This document shows positions 26,128-39,175 of a stretch of DNA of 64,000 nt, piece after piece. The stretch comes from Octopus vulgaris (taxonomy: Eukaryota): contig OX597821.1 of assembly GCA_951406725.2 (NCBI GenBank), forward strand, positions 100,068,001 through 100,132,000, given 5' to 3'. The translations under genes were made by a program, and so were the position numbers. The stretch's first letter is position 1. Every line of letters starts with the position of its first letter. The notes under the pieces are model-generated. The model was given only the letters and a program-made list of their open reading frames with translations. It made no database searches and was not told the DNA's origin.

Positions 26128-27526
26128 TCACTCTCTCTGTCATGTTGAGTACTAGATCTATTAAAATCTACCACATCAGTTCGTAACGTAATTATTGCTT
26201 GTAGTATTGTATGGTTTCAGGGTTGTTTTAATCTAAAAATTGTCTTGATTGTTATTTCAGGAAAGGCTATTTTGAAAGATGATTTAAACAACTTTTACCA
26301 GTTCTCTGCATAATAAGAGATCTTGCATATACATGTCTTATCTCAGGAATAACCATATCAGTGTATAATAAATAGTTTTAAAAGAAGAAAAAATCGAGGA
26401 AAAGATTTTAGAAAATATCTCAAACAAAACCACACAAAAGATAACGTGAAAGGTTGTTTTAATGACATTCACTAAAATAGCAATATGAAGCTTGGAACAA
26501 TATTAAGTAAAAATAGCTGTTTAATTAGTCTTGATAATATTACGATAATATCTTGATAATGTCCATAATTTGATTTCAAATGAAGTCTTTCAAACCATCA
26601 AGAATGCGTTATCAAAATCCTAATTAGCCTCAACGCTTCTTTATCGCAATTCTAGCAACTATTCAGCTTACTAATCAAATGTCACAGCAATTCTAGTTCT
26701 GATGTAACATATTTGACTTTTCTCACGTAAAATTATTGAAAGCATTTCATGTAATCTATCGGAAAGCGAATCCTCAACATTAACAAAGGAAAAGTGTCTG
26801 TTTGAAGTATTGCAAATGTTCATTGAATTCGGAGTTTAAATTTCATCAGGTAAATTTTATTGTGTGTTCTAGCATAGCCCGAGTTGACTGAGGTTACGGA
26901 AAAGGTTAGTAAGCAGAAACTATCTGGAAGCCCATCAGAAAGAGCATTCTTATTTTTCGGTTGCAGACTTAATCCGTCGCCCTGTTTAATACCTCTACTT
27001 GGTCCTGTTTGTTGCATACATGCAGACAAGGTTTCAAGTTTCAGAATAATTTCCCCACACTTACCAGTCTCGGTGACCAGCGGAGAAGATAATAGACGCC
27101 TCTGGCTAAGAGAAATAAATAAATTCTCAAGTATGACCTGGTAGCATGTACAAAGCTTTCATTAATTGCTTTAGATGCCTTTGTGTTTGCAAGCAGACGT
27201 AAACTTTCTCTCGGCCCTCACACCCTTAAATCAGAAGACGTTGAGGATATGAAAGCTAGAGAAAGAGAGGGGTGTACCAGCGAGTTGCTTCACATGAATT
27301 CGCATTTCACTTGCTGCCGTGGGGAACACCCAAACATTAAACAAGCACACTTGTTTCCATAGAAAACAAAAGGTATGCAAAACTAAACAAACGGGAAAAG
27401 GAAAAGAGTTTAAACAAACGCGAAAAGGAAAAGAGTTTAAACCGCATTCGTTTCTTTTTAACTACAATCTATCTAGACAGAAGGATTAACGTTGTTAAAA
27501 ATAGTCATCCTAAATATGATAATATT

Positions 27527-28285
27527 CGTTTCTACTCTAGGTACAAGGCCGAAATTTTGGGGGAGAGGGCCAGTCGATTAGAACGACCCCAGTACGCAAC
27601 TGATACTTAATTTATCGATCCTGAAAGGATTAAATGTGTTAATATGGAATTCTATTAAAGGCTGCGAGCTGGCAGAAACGTTAGCACGCCGGGCGAAATA
27701 CTTAGCGATATTTCGTCTGCTGTTACGTTCTGAGTTCAAATTCTGCCGAGGTCGACTTTGCCTTTCATACTTTCGGGGTCGATAAATTAAGTACCATTTG
27801 TGTACTGGGGTCGATCTAATAGACTGGTCCCCTCCCCCAAAATTTTGGACCTTGTGCCTAGAGTAGAAAATAATATTGTATTGTATTTAAGGGTGCGAAC
27901 TGGCAGAAACGTTAGCACGCCGGGCGAAATGCGTAGCCGTATTTCGTCTGCCGTTACGTTCTGAGTTCAAATTCCGCCGAGGTCGACTTTGCCTTTCATT
28001 TTTCGGGGTCGATAAATTAAATACCAGTTACGCACTGGGGTCAATGTAATCGACTTAATCCGTGTATCTGTCCTTGTTTGTCCCCTCTGTGTTTAGCCGC
28101 TTGTGGGTAGTAAAGAAATAGGTATTTCGTCTGTCTTTATGTTCTGAATTCAAATTCCACCGAGGTCGACTTCGCCTTTCATCCTTTCGGTGTCGATAAA
28201 TTAAGTACCAGTTGCGTACTAGGGTCGATCTAATCGACTGGCCCCTCTCCCCGAATTTTGTGCCTTGTGCCTAGAATAGAAAATA
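27527..28285. mobile_element. Family A SINE cluster: minus fragment 27527-27630, + monomer 27657-27870, + dimer 27888-28285
   Basis: Matches family A sequence. Confidence 0.85.
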
Positions 28286-28346
28286 ATATTGTATTGTATT
28301 TAAAACATTAGAGCCCCGTAAATGTGTTCATAGATCTGGTGTTGGT

Positions 28347-28670
28347 GGAGGCGCGTGGCTGAGTGGTGAGGGATATTCGGCTTTCGATCGGAGGGTTGTG
28401 AATTCGATTCCCGGTGGGGCATTGTGTTCTCCAGCAAGATACTTTATTTCATGCTGCTCCAGTCCAATCAGATGGCAAATATGAGTTGTACCCGTATTCC
28501 GAAGTATCAGCCTTGTCACATTCTGTCTCACGCTGAATATGCCTGAGAACTACGTTAAGGGTACGCATGTCTCTAGAGTGCTCACCCACTTGCATGTTAA
28601 CTTCACGAGCAGGCTGTTCCGTTGATTGGATCAACTGGAACCCTCGTCGTTGTAACCGACGGAGTACCGT
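28347..28670 (+). mobile_element. tRNA-derived SINE (family C-related)
   Basis: GGAGGCGCGTGGCTGAGTGGT...ATTCGATTCCC head, then CAAGATACTTTATTTCATGCTGCTCCAGTCC. Confidence 0.8.
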
Positions 28671-29309
28671 TCATATTTAATATAGCGTTATTTTCCGTAA
28701 GAGAGAAATAGAAGTACTATAGATTTTCCTGTTCTCCAATGTAGGAAAATCTCCTTTTTTTTTTACCTCTAATTCCCTATAGAGTATTAAAAAGATATTA
28801 AACTAGGACATTAATGAAACATAGCGTGCTCAGAGTCGAGTGAGTGGACACGGTAAAAAGGACTCTAAAAGTACAAAACCAATATCGGCTACGAAGGAAT
28901 TAGCCCTGAAATATGAATCAATTAGAATTGTCACTTATCTTCAATTTAGAAACAAACTGCTTTAATATTAAATGAGTAGATGCCAATATGTCTTTGAAAA
29001 AACAAATTTAAAAAAACAAAACAAAACAAAACGAACTGAAAAAACAAAAACATAAAAGCTTGCTCAAGTAAATAATTTCGTTTTTTGATATAATAATTAT
29101 GTAGTCATAGATGAAAATATAAAAGTCATAGAACAGCATTTACTTAGCAGTATTGTATATTCTTTTCTACTCTAGGCGCAAGGCCCGAAATTTTTGTAGT
29201 TATTTTTATGAAAAAAGGAATAAGTTTCAATGATAAATTTTTCACGACGTTCTGCATTAAAGATTAGCAGTCCATCACTTTTGACGCACACACTTATATA
29301 TATATATAA

Positions 29310-29427
29310 GGACTCATTCCTTGTAAGTCTTGTACTTATTCTACCGGTATCTTTTGCCGAATCGCTAAGTTACGGGGACTTAAACACACGAGCATCGGTT
29401 GTCAAGCGATGGTGGTGGAGGAGACAA

Positions 29428-29504
<77 letters not shown>

Positions 29505-29645
29505 CGACGGGCTTCTTTCAGCTTCCGTCTACTGACAAGGCTTTAGTCGGCCCGAAGCTATAGTAAAAGACACTTGCAGAAGGTGCCACGCAGTGGGACT
29601 GAATCCGGAACCATGTGATTAGTAAGTAAGCCACTTCTGCGTCTA
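29310..29645 (-). mobile_element. SINE family B
   Basis: Reverse complement of family B with internal (CA)n. Confidence 0.8.
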
Positions 29646-29900
29646 TTTTCTGAAAAAAAATAAATGTTTAGATGACCTATTATCATTCAAAAGCTATTAG
29701 CGTGGTTCGCCCAAAAACTGAAGAATGTGAAATAAAAAAAAGGACGTTACACAGGATGATGAAAACATAACAATGGTGTTGCCACAGTGTGCAAACCAAG
29801 TGGGAAATATTTTATCAAAATCGATTCCCAGCAAACCGAGTAATCCTAAATTTCACTCCTAAGCTATTAGCGTGGTACAGCGTGTGTGTCTGTATATATA

Positions 29901-29998
29901 TCCGATGAAGGGATATAATAAATATCCTGGAAACAGGCTGTAAGACCTATCTATAAATGTTGTAAATCTACACACCCTTGTTTTTTTATCTCATTACG

Positions 29999-30046
<48 letters not shown>

Positions 30047-30110
30047 AAGAGTGAAAAAACTACAGAAGGCTTGTGTTATAAGGTTAAAAAATATATGTAA
30101 GTCGTTTCTC
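29901..30110 (+). mobile_element. Penelope-like terminal-repeat relic with a variant HHR (CCGAUGA)
   Basis: CCGAUGA-AGGGAUAU(AAUAA)AUAUCCU-G-GAAA-CAGGCUG-UA-AGAC; homologous to 34500-34600 (-). Confidence 0.6.
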
Positions 30111-30112
30111 AC

Positions 30113-30174
<62 letters not shown>

Positions 30175-31100
30175 CTATATATATATATATACATACATAC
30201 ATACATACATACATACATACATACATACATACACATATATAGATGGAGGGGAGATAAGTACGTAAGTATGTACTGAGTAAACTTTCAGTTATGTGGTTAT
30301 TTCAAAGCCTCTAATATGAATGATAACAAAAACAGTATGAAAATAATACAGTCTAGTACGTAATTCATCCTGTAAATCAAAATTCCTCCCTTAAGACTCT
30401 AATATATGTGGTTTGAGTTACCCTTTTTACCTTGGAGTTCATTATATTTGCGTTAATCGTGACTGTAACATGTAGAAACCCTCTGTGGACGGTGAACAAA
30501 CAAATGATTTATCTTGTTTTAGATAGTATGGTTTAAACTGAACTTAATAGCAATAATTGCTTCTCACATTACATAGAATTTGGAAGAAATATCTAAATAG
30601 AAATACCTTTCTCAAGAATATTGTTAATCATATCGAAGAGCAGAAATCAGATCTCGGAATTGATGTATTGAAAATTTAGCGCAATAGTGGTGAAATTATG
30701 CGTCACCCTTTTAAGGGAGTAGATATGAGGAGCTACGAACGTCGGATTGGATAACTTGTCGTATTAGTTCTGATTATCTGCTTCCAGTGTTCAAATTATA
30801 CCGTGGTATACTTAGGTGGTAGGCGTAATTCGCCTCCCTGCTTTGCAAAACTACCATCCAACACTGAGTCTGCCCTTTTGCGAGAATTCTGCCCGAGTTT
30901 CCGTTCGATGATACCGTCTTCCTTACTGTCGTTAGTATTGGAGTTAAGAGTTTAAAAAAAAGTCTCGTGATCAGTAATATATACACTGTTAGACACAGAA
31001 GAAACAAAACAAAATAACAGAGTGTAAAACAATGGAATGACTGTGAACTAGTCGGGACGAAACACAGGCTGAAAAATACGATATAGTTGTATGTGTGTGC

Positions 31101-31161
<61 letters not shown>

Positions 31162-31336
31162 TATATATATATATGTATATATATATATGTGTGTATGTAT
31201 ATATGTATGTATGTGTGTGTGTCTACATACTTAGAAATATACAATATTCGTATATACATATCGTATATATACATGGCTATATATGAATGTACAATATATA
31301 TCTGTAAATAAGATATACGATATACCATGTTTGCGC

Positions 31337-31372
<36 letters not shown>

Positions 31373-31409
31373 GTGTGTTTAGACAGCGTGAAAAATTATT
31401 AAGACTCAC

Positions 31410-31477
31410 CATGTCTCTTTCTGAGATTGGACCCATTGACCTGACCAATATGTGTCCATGAACAGTAATTGGAGGTC
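31410..31477 (-). CDS. Internal coding exon of a Cys-loop ligand-gated ion channel, GABA-A receptor alpha/GRD-like subunit (extracellular beta1 strand and loop 2)
   Basis: Minus strand reads tttcctttcttgcag|GA CCT CCA ATT...GAC ATG|gtgagt: strong acceptor and donor, 68 nt, phase 1 to phase 0. The peptide (G)PPITVHGHILVRSMGPISERDM resembles insect GRD-type ...IMVRSMGPISEVDM and vertebrate GABA-A alpha ...VTSFGPVSDxDM. The 68-nt length and phases match the conserved GABA-A/GlyR exon (from memory). Neighbouring exons were not found in the window. Confidence 0.9.
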
Positions 31478-31562
31478 CTGCAAGAAAGGAAATTAACAAT
31501 TAATATAGAAGCGTAAGCATATTACATATTTGCATCAATTGACCACACAGTTTCAGATATAA

Positions 31563-31630
<68 letters not shown>

Positions 31631-31734
31631 TTATTCATATTTGTAAAGATATTATCTCCGGTCATCAAATTCCTATTATTATCTACGGAACGTGGTACTA
31701 CTAAGGTCCTTTGCGAGCTATAGACTCACAGATC

Positions 31735-31925
31735 CGGTGCTGTATATATTATCTCCTTGTCAGTCATGGGATTAATCAAATTTTCCAGTTGAGTGTATTG
31801 GAAGAATATGAAATGAAGTGTTTTACCCAAGAAGACACAACACATCGCTCGGTCCAATAATCGAAACTATAATCTTACGATCATCAATGCAACACCCTAA
31901 CCACAAAGCCATGTGCATCCACACA
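31735..31925 (-). mobile_element. Diverged tRNA-derived SINE (family C-related)
   Basis: Reverse complement of the tRNA head (aatcgaaactataatcttacgatc...ccctaaccacaaagcc). Confidence 0.65.
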
Positions 31926-32793
31926 TTGTACGAATGGTGTTGTTTCAATTTCCTTAACTACGACAAATGGAAGACAGAAAAAAAAAACGGTCTATGATAA
32001 GAGTTTAATGAAAGACGGAACTAGTCTATTTTATCACCATTTAAATTTATGTAAAGCCTTGCTAATTCCAAAATGAGATTAAGTATATGTTTATTAAACA
32101 TACGAATTTGAAAAACAAAACAAAAGAGGTTTGAGTGTGACTTCGGAATTTTGTCGAGAGTAAACGAGAGTTACTCTCTGTATATTACTCAGTGAGCAGG
32201 TAGGGAGGACATCTGCATTTGCAAATTGGGTATCCTGGAAGAATATAGATAGATTACTTATTTTGTTTGTGAAGTGTTATCTAGTAAGCTATCTTATCTA
32301 GGCAGCAACGGGTGACCTTAACGTTGTTGATGTTGAATAATTTGTTATAATTCTTTCTCTTGCTCACATTCTCTCTTTTTCTCTTTCATATTCTCTCACT
32401 TTATCTCCATCTTTCCCGATTCCTGGACCGGAAGATGCTTGTGCTCTTCAGCAAAACGCTTCATTTCCCGTTGCTCCAGTCTACTCAGCCATCAAAAATA
32501 TCCCGTGATAGACCGGCGTCCCGTCCAGGAGAAAAATATATACGCTACAGAATCCGGGAAACCGACGCTATGGTTCGGGAAGAAAATTTACTTCTCTTCA
32601 CACACACACACATATATTATAGATTTTAATTCTGTAATTAATTTTAATATAATCACTTTCGCTTCATTGAATATATTTGTTTATAGAATATATTTATTTT
32701 TAATATAACAATAGTTTTTATATTTATTACATATACTTAATGTGATTTTATTAAAACATTTTATAAATTGGTTTGTCGTGTAATAATGCAGAC

Positions 32794-32795
<2 letters not shown>

Positions 32796-32884
<89 letters not shown>

Positions 32885-32900
32885 GTCTGTCTGTCTGTCT
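32796..32900. repeat. (CTAT)n/(CTGT)n microsatellite
   Basis: Direct read. Confidence 0.95.
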
Positions 32901-32945
32901 GCATAAAGTCTATAGAAGATGTACATAGATTAATATTACTTTACT

Positions 32946-33380
32946 TAAGGCGGCGAGCTGGCAAAAACGTTAGCAGGCCGGGCGAAATGCTTAGCGGTAT
33001 TTCGTCTGCTGTTACATTCTGAGTTCAAATTCCGCCGAGGTCGACTTTGCCTTTCATCCTTTCGGAGTCGATAAATTAAGTACCAGTTACGCACTGGGGT
33101 CGATGTAATCAACATAATCCGTTTGTCTGTCCTTGTTCGTCCCCTCTGTGTGTAGCCCCTTGTGGACAGTAACGAAATATGAAACGTTAGCACGCCGGGC
33201 GAAATGCTTAGCGATATTTCCTCTGTCTTTACGTTCTGAGTTCAAATTCCGCCGAGGTCGACTTTGCCTTACATTTTTTCGGGGTCGATAAATTAAGTAC
33301 CAGTTGCGTACTGGGGTCGATCTAATCGACTGGCCTCTTCCCCAAAAATTTCGGGCCTTGTGCCTAGAGTAGAAAAAAAT
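32946..33380 (+). mobile_element. SINE family A dimer
   Basis: AAGGCGGCGAGCTGGCAAAAACGTTAGC head with two modules. Confidence 0.88.
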
Positions 33381-33624
33381 ATTATCTTACTTGTTTCAGT
33401 CATACAACCTTAGCCATGCTGTGGCACTGCCTTCAAAAGCTTTCTTTCGTCGAACAAGTATTCAGTACTTGTCTTTCTATATTCTTCACTTATTCTATCG
33501 GTGTCTATTTTAGCGAACTACTACGTTAAAGGACGTAAACCTTCCAAAGTCGGTTGTAAAGTGGTGAGACATAAATACACACATATATATGTACGAAGAA
33601 ATACTGTATAATTTCTTATTTCCC

Positions 33625-33835
33625 AACTGCCCAGAAGGGACTATACACAGAGGGGACAAACAGGAACAAACAAACGGATTAAGTCAATTATATCGACCCC
33701 AGTGCGTAACTGGTACTTATTTGATCGACCCCGAAAGGATGAAAGTCGACCTCGGCGGAGTTTGAACTCAGAACGTAACGGCAGACGAAATACCGCTAAG
33801 CATTTCGCCCGGCGTGCTAACGTTTCTGCCAGCGT
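33625..33835 (-). mobile_element. SINE family A
   Basis: Inverted relative to 32946-33380. Confidence 0.85.
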
Positions 33836-34390
33836 CCCGATCTATACTGTAAAATTTCTGCCTACCAAATCTACTTACCAGGAAGGCAGTAGGATTGAAC
33901 ACGAACCTATGTGGCTGCAAAGGGAAGTACTCAACCATATAAACATTATCTGTACATACGTGCAGTAATCTTGTTGTTTTACTGCTCATTTACTTCCACT
34001 TATCCCTTGAACACACGATGCACTAACCTATACATACATACATACATACATACATACATACATACATACATACATACATACATTGCATTACATTACATTA
34101 CATTACATTACATACATACATACATACATAGCGGGTCAGCCAAAAGTCAATTGACAGAAAATCAAAACTAATTCCAAGATGAAAAAACATTTTTAAATAT
34201 GATTACTTCGATAATAAATAGACAAATGTTGAAAAAAAAAGAGGAACGGTGATTCATATATAGCATTCAGTTATTAAACATTCAGAATTGGAATGAATAA
34301 ATAAAATTGAATATTAAGTATTTACGGAATTTTGATTCACTGTTGGGTAACTTTTGGCCAAAACTGTATACATACACACATACACGCATG

Positions 34391-34491
<101 letters not shown>

Positions 34492-34494
34492 TAC

Positions 34495-35045
34495 TTATCA
34501 GAATGAGATAAAAATCCAAGGCTGGGAAAGATTTTAGAACATTTATAAATAGGTCTCACAGCTGAATCCGGGATACTTTATATATCCCTTCATCGGAGAC
34601 AATGTGAGAAAAGGGTTAAGAAATAGTTATTTTAGATAAGCTATCGCCCCTGAACACGCAGGTATATATACCTTCCACATATACATGCACACACACGCAC
34701 ATACACATACACACACACACGCATATACCTACGCACGCATATACATACGAATATAATCGAATGGTTGTGATATTCGAGTATGAAAGAGGAATTAGGGATT
34801 AGGAGTTAAAATGTAGATTTATAAGGTTACTGGGATTACCTAAGGTGTATTGCGGAAATATACTGTATGGTCATTTAGGCATTGGGATTTGTGTTAGAAT
34901 GGCTTCGTGGTGGAATTTGAATGTGTGAAAAAAGCGGTGGTTGCATGTGCTTAGTACCTCATTATGTATATTTAGTAGTGTTCGAGAGTTGTGCTTTAAT
35001 ATATGCAGTGCCTCCTTCAAGGAAACAAATACACGATAAAAGATA
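34495..35045 (-). mobile_element. Penelope-like element 3' end: GIY-YIG C-terminal remnant and downstream HHR relic (34600-34553)
   Basis: LKEALHILKHNSRTLLNIHNEVLSTCNHRFF matches the PLE L.E.L.I...LLN.R.E..S.C.H motif; followed by GUCU-CCGAUGA-AGGGAUA..UAUCCC-GGAUU-CAGCUG-UG-AGAC. Confidence 0.7.
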
Positions 35046-35513
35046 TATATATATGCAAACATAAGACCGAAGGCAGTGTAGTGGCTTTAGTGTAATGTAC
35101 TAAACATGCTTGCGAAATAGTAATAGTGACGAGAAGTGTAGCGGTATAAATCTTGTCTCCTGTATTCTGTTTTACAACTTCATTTCGAACAGTAATAAAT
35201 TTGCTTTTGATTAACATCGCAAAGAACAATATTAAGAAAAAACAGTCATAACACTTCAATTAATTGTTATTCATGATATAGGTTCAAACAATAAATAAAT
35301 TACGTCGTAATGCTACGGTTATACTTTTTTCTCTTTTCGGCTTCCTAAGTTGATATAGAACAATATACAAATCCCCAAAATGCTGCTCAATAAACTCCAA
35401 AAAGAATATATTAAAGCAATATAGTCCAATTCCAATATGAAGCTCTTTCGAGTAATTCTTTTATAGCTCTTGTTATATTTGATATATATATATAACTTCT
35501 TGCCACACAGCCA

Positions 35514-35576
<63 letters not shown>

Positions 35577-35804
35577 TATGTGTGTGTGTGTGTGTGTGTA
35601 TGTATATATACATATGTATATGTACATACATCTATATGCATATGTGGGCACAGGACGTCATGAAACGTGTACAACAAAAAATACGAATATATATATATAT
35701 ATATATATTGATACTCTTAACAAAAGTCGGGATGCGTGGCGATGACCCGTCCTTGTTTTCTTTGTATTGTCTGTCTGGATGTTTTGCGTTCTTGTCCCAT
35801 TTTG

Positions 35805-35849
<45 letters not shown>

Positions 35850-36106
35850 TATTTGTTGTATATTATATTTCCGCTGATCTGTTAGCTCAACGTTATTCTT
35901 ACTTGACGAAATACATATATTTCTTGTTTCGATGAGTTCTTACTTAAAGTAAGAGGCATGTAGACTTTCTTGATTGTTATTTATATGCATTTCACGAATA
36001 TACGCAGAGAGAATCCTTATAATCACCTATACAAATGTCATTCAAACATCTACCTGCATGCGACTGTGCCTGTATATATGTATATACATATACATACATA
36101 CATGCA

Positions 36107-36139
<33 letters not shown>

Positions 36140-36143
<4 letters not shown>

Positions 36144-36339
36144 TCTCCTACTCTAGACACAAGGCCTGAAATTTTGGGGAAGGGGGCCAGTCGATTAGAT
36201 TGGTACTTAATTTATTAACGTCGAAAGGATGGAAGGCAAAATCGACCTCGGCGGAATCTGAACTCAGAACGTAAAGACAGACAAAATACCACTAAACATT
36301 TCGCCCGGCGTGTTAACGTTTCTGTCATCTCGCCGCCTT

Positions 36340-36400
<61 letters not shown>

Positions 36401-36590
36401 ATATATATTCCTTTATTCCCTTTTTCCTTTACTTGTTTCAGTCATTTGACAGCGGCCATGTAAGAGCACCGCCTTACTGTAGGACTTATTCTATTGGGTC
36501 TTTTTGTTGAACCGATATGTTACGGGTAAGTAAAAGTACCAACATTGGTTATCAAGCGACGTGGTGGTGTGGGAACAAACACAGACACAA
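36140..36590 (-). mobile_element. Family A SINE (36140-36338) and family B 3' fragment (36425-36590)
   Basis: Matches other copies. Confidence 0.75.
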
Positions 36591-36619
36591 ATATATATAT
36601 ATAATCAAATTAAACAATA

Positions 36620-37535
36620 TTTTTATTAATGTGGCCTGGTTCCAGGTACAGGTGACATGGGGGGGGGGGACCCCCAAGAATCACCCGATACTTAGAACCG
36701 GCCATATTAAGAAAATCTGAAAACACCAGATTCTTTCCTGATTGTTTCCACAGGGGGCAAAACCGCTTTTGACCCCACCCAATCAGCCGCATGCAAAATT
36801 TAGACATTAAGGAGCTCGGCTCCACTGCCACCCAGACCCCGACGGATAGTGTCTTCTATCCACTCGGGTTCTATCCCGGGTGGTAAACCGCAGATGCCAG
36901 CCCTTGCCAACTTCTTCCCACGATACGTGGGAAGAAACAATATTTCTTCGCCCTCTAAGGGCTGACTTGCAAAATTGCGAGCTTCTTCAGGGGTGTCAAA
37001 TAGCAACCACACCGTCGCCTATTTGACACCCGTGGAAATAAATTTTACAGTTGACATATACTCTACCAACTTTCTCTCTATGTCGGTCTTTTTAAAGATG
37101 GCAATGGTGTCGAGCGACTTGGAGTACGTTCGCAGCACTACCGTCCTCTCCCCAAGACATTTTATCCACTGTTTGGGTGTGGCAATTTCCCACTCCATTA
37201 CCTTATCTTTCTTTGCCATGCTTGAGAGCAAAAAAATTCAAGCCAAAGTTAAAAGAAAAAGTTCGTAGTCAAAACAAAAGGAAGACAGTAGAAAGAAAGA
37301 AGACAGTTCAAAACAGCAAAATAAAGCGCAATTCCGGCCGACAGTACTCCTGGCCAGCAGGAACAGTTCCACAAATTGGTACGAATTTCACAAAATTTTG
37401 GTAAAATCTACAAAAGGACAGAAAGAATACAACAAATGGAAATCAACAAAACATAATTTGCGGAAACATAACAACGGCAAACTGGACAGAAGCAAGATAC
37501 ACGGATCTATCTCAGTCTATTTCATCTTCAGTTAG
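36620..37535 (-). mobile_element. Internally deleted L1/Tx1-like LINE: ORF1 (RRM-like) relic joined to a 3' UTR
   Basis: ORFs 37019-37231 and 36800-37012 are one frame split by a stop (...VKFISTGVK*ATVWLLFDTPEEARNFASQPL...PTYRGKKLARAGICGLPPGIEPEW). The element ends in a C-rich tract and ATTAATAAAA. Confidence 0.55.
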
Positions 37536-38087
37536 TGCCCGGAAAAGAGATTTTCATGGGGCTAAAACAACAGTAACAACGTCCTTTACAAGACTGCCAC
37601 GTTATCTTGGCATATAAAAATTACTATCCGGTACTGTTACTGTATTTCTCTCGCTCAGAGATTTAATATATGCTGTTTTTTTCAATACGAGATCAGTGGC
37701 TGTGTGTCTCTTAAAGAATATATAGTATCTGCGAGTGGAGATAGCGTTCGTCACTGGAGATTATCTTACACTGAGGAGGGATAACATCCAGAAACCTAGG
37801 TCTGTGAGTATCACGTAAAGCTAGAGATGGGAGCGATGACTTCCTTTGCAAATGCTATGTACGGACACAGAGTGTGTGTCGGTAACCAGCTGGAGATGTT
37901 TTCCTTGAGCCAAAACAACAGTAACATCGTCCTTTACAGGACTGCCACGTTATGTTGGCATATAGACATTAATTTATTTGATTATCTCCTTGAATGTGAA
38001 CATGATTAAGTAGAAAATGTAAGTTAATATTAGATTAAGCATAAAGTAATTCGTTGTATAGCAATAATTTTCAAAATTGTTTAGACT

Positions 38088-38490
38088 CAGGCGTAGCTGT
38101 GTGGTAAGAATCTTGCTTCCCAAACACATGGTCCCGGGTTCAGTCCTGCGTGACATCCTGGTTAAGTGCATTCTACCATAGCCTCGGTCCGAGCAAAGCT
38201 TTATATGTGGATTTGGTAGACGGAAACTGAAAGAAGCCCGTTGTTTATATGTGTGTGTGTGTGTGTGTGTGTTCATATCTGTGTTTATCTCTCACCACCG
38301 CTTGAAAACCTGTGTTGGTGTGTCTACGTTCTCGTAACTTAGCGATTCGGCTGAGACCGATAGAGTAAGCACCAGGCTTGACAAGTAAAAAAAAAAAGAC
38401 ATTTTGGGTCGATACATTCGATTAAAAATTCTTCAAGATAGAGCTTCAGCATGACCGCAGTCTAATGAATGAAACACAAAAGATAAATAA
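38088..38490 (+). mobile_element. SINE family B
   Basis: Full layout as at 21378. Confidence 0.85.
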
Positions 38491-38559
38491 AAGCTAATAT
38501 ACTCAAATATCTATGGGTATATTTAGAGTGACGTAGAGAAAAAATATATGATGATGTAT

Positions 38560-39175
38560 AAATTTATAATGTATACACAAACGTGAAACAACAAAAGCTA
38601 TAATATTTTGTCACAGAAAAACTTCTTAAAGAAACTTGTGCGTAAATATCTCGCTGAGAGTGTCGTCGTCGAATTGTCTAAGAAAGTGTTTCGACGATCC
38701 ACCGACAGAATTTGGATGGATCTTTGTGTTCTTCAACATGCAAGTTTCTTGGGGAAGTTTCTCCGAGGCAATATATAGAAACTATGTTTGTATGTACATT
38801 GTAAATACTATATAATCGCTATTTCAGTCTAATGTTGTTTCGAGTGAGTGCATCAATTTATTTTTAACCTGACCAGATTTCTCACATATCAGTGAATGTT
38901 TTTTTTTATCGATTTCTATATCAGAACGAATATATTTCGGCTTAGCTCATCATGTTTGGGTGTTTTCGGTGACTGAGAAGACCGAGAGATGTTGAAACGC
39001 CACTGTCTGGCGATCCGCCGACAACATTCTGAGCAAGCTCTGTGTCTTTCAACAGAAGTCTCTTAAAGAGGTTTCTCTGAGACAAAATATCACAGTTAGC
39101 ATTTGTATATACAATATAAATGATACGAATATCCTTATTTTTAAATCTAATGCTTTTTCAAGTGCATTTATTGAA
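38560..39175. repeat. Diverged foldback (38560-38810) plus a second copy of its right arm (38990-39175)
   Basis: ttgtcacagaaaaacttcttaaagaaacttg versus caagtttcttggggaagtttctccgaggcaa and gaagtctcttaaagaggtttctctgagacaa. Confidence 0.55.

Noticed and set aside
26820-27029. ORF with RGIKQGDGLS (RT-like) and GLPDSF (WxPDTF-like) motifs
   Set aside because: Single short motifs with wrong spacing and no supporting neighbours; probably chance
31410-31477. Cephalopod chemotactile receptor or nAChR identity for the exon
   Set aside because: The RSMGPISExDM motif and 68-nt exon fit the GABA-A/GRD branch rather than the nAChR-derived branch
30774-31499. 241-aa ORF containing the receptor exon
   Set aside because: Only 31410-31477 is homologous. 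The rest is read-through past a strong GTGAGT donor into stop-poor CA/TA repeats.
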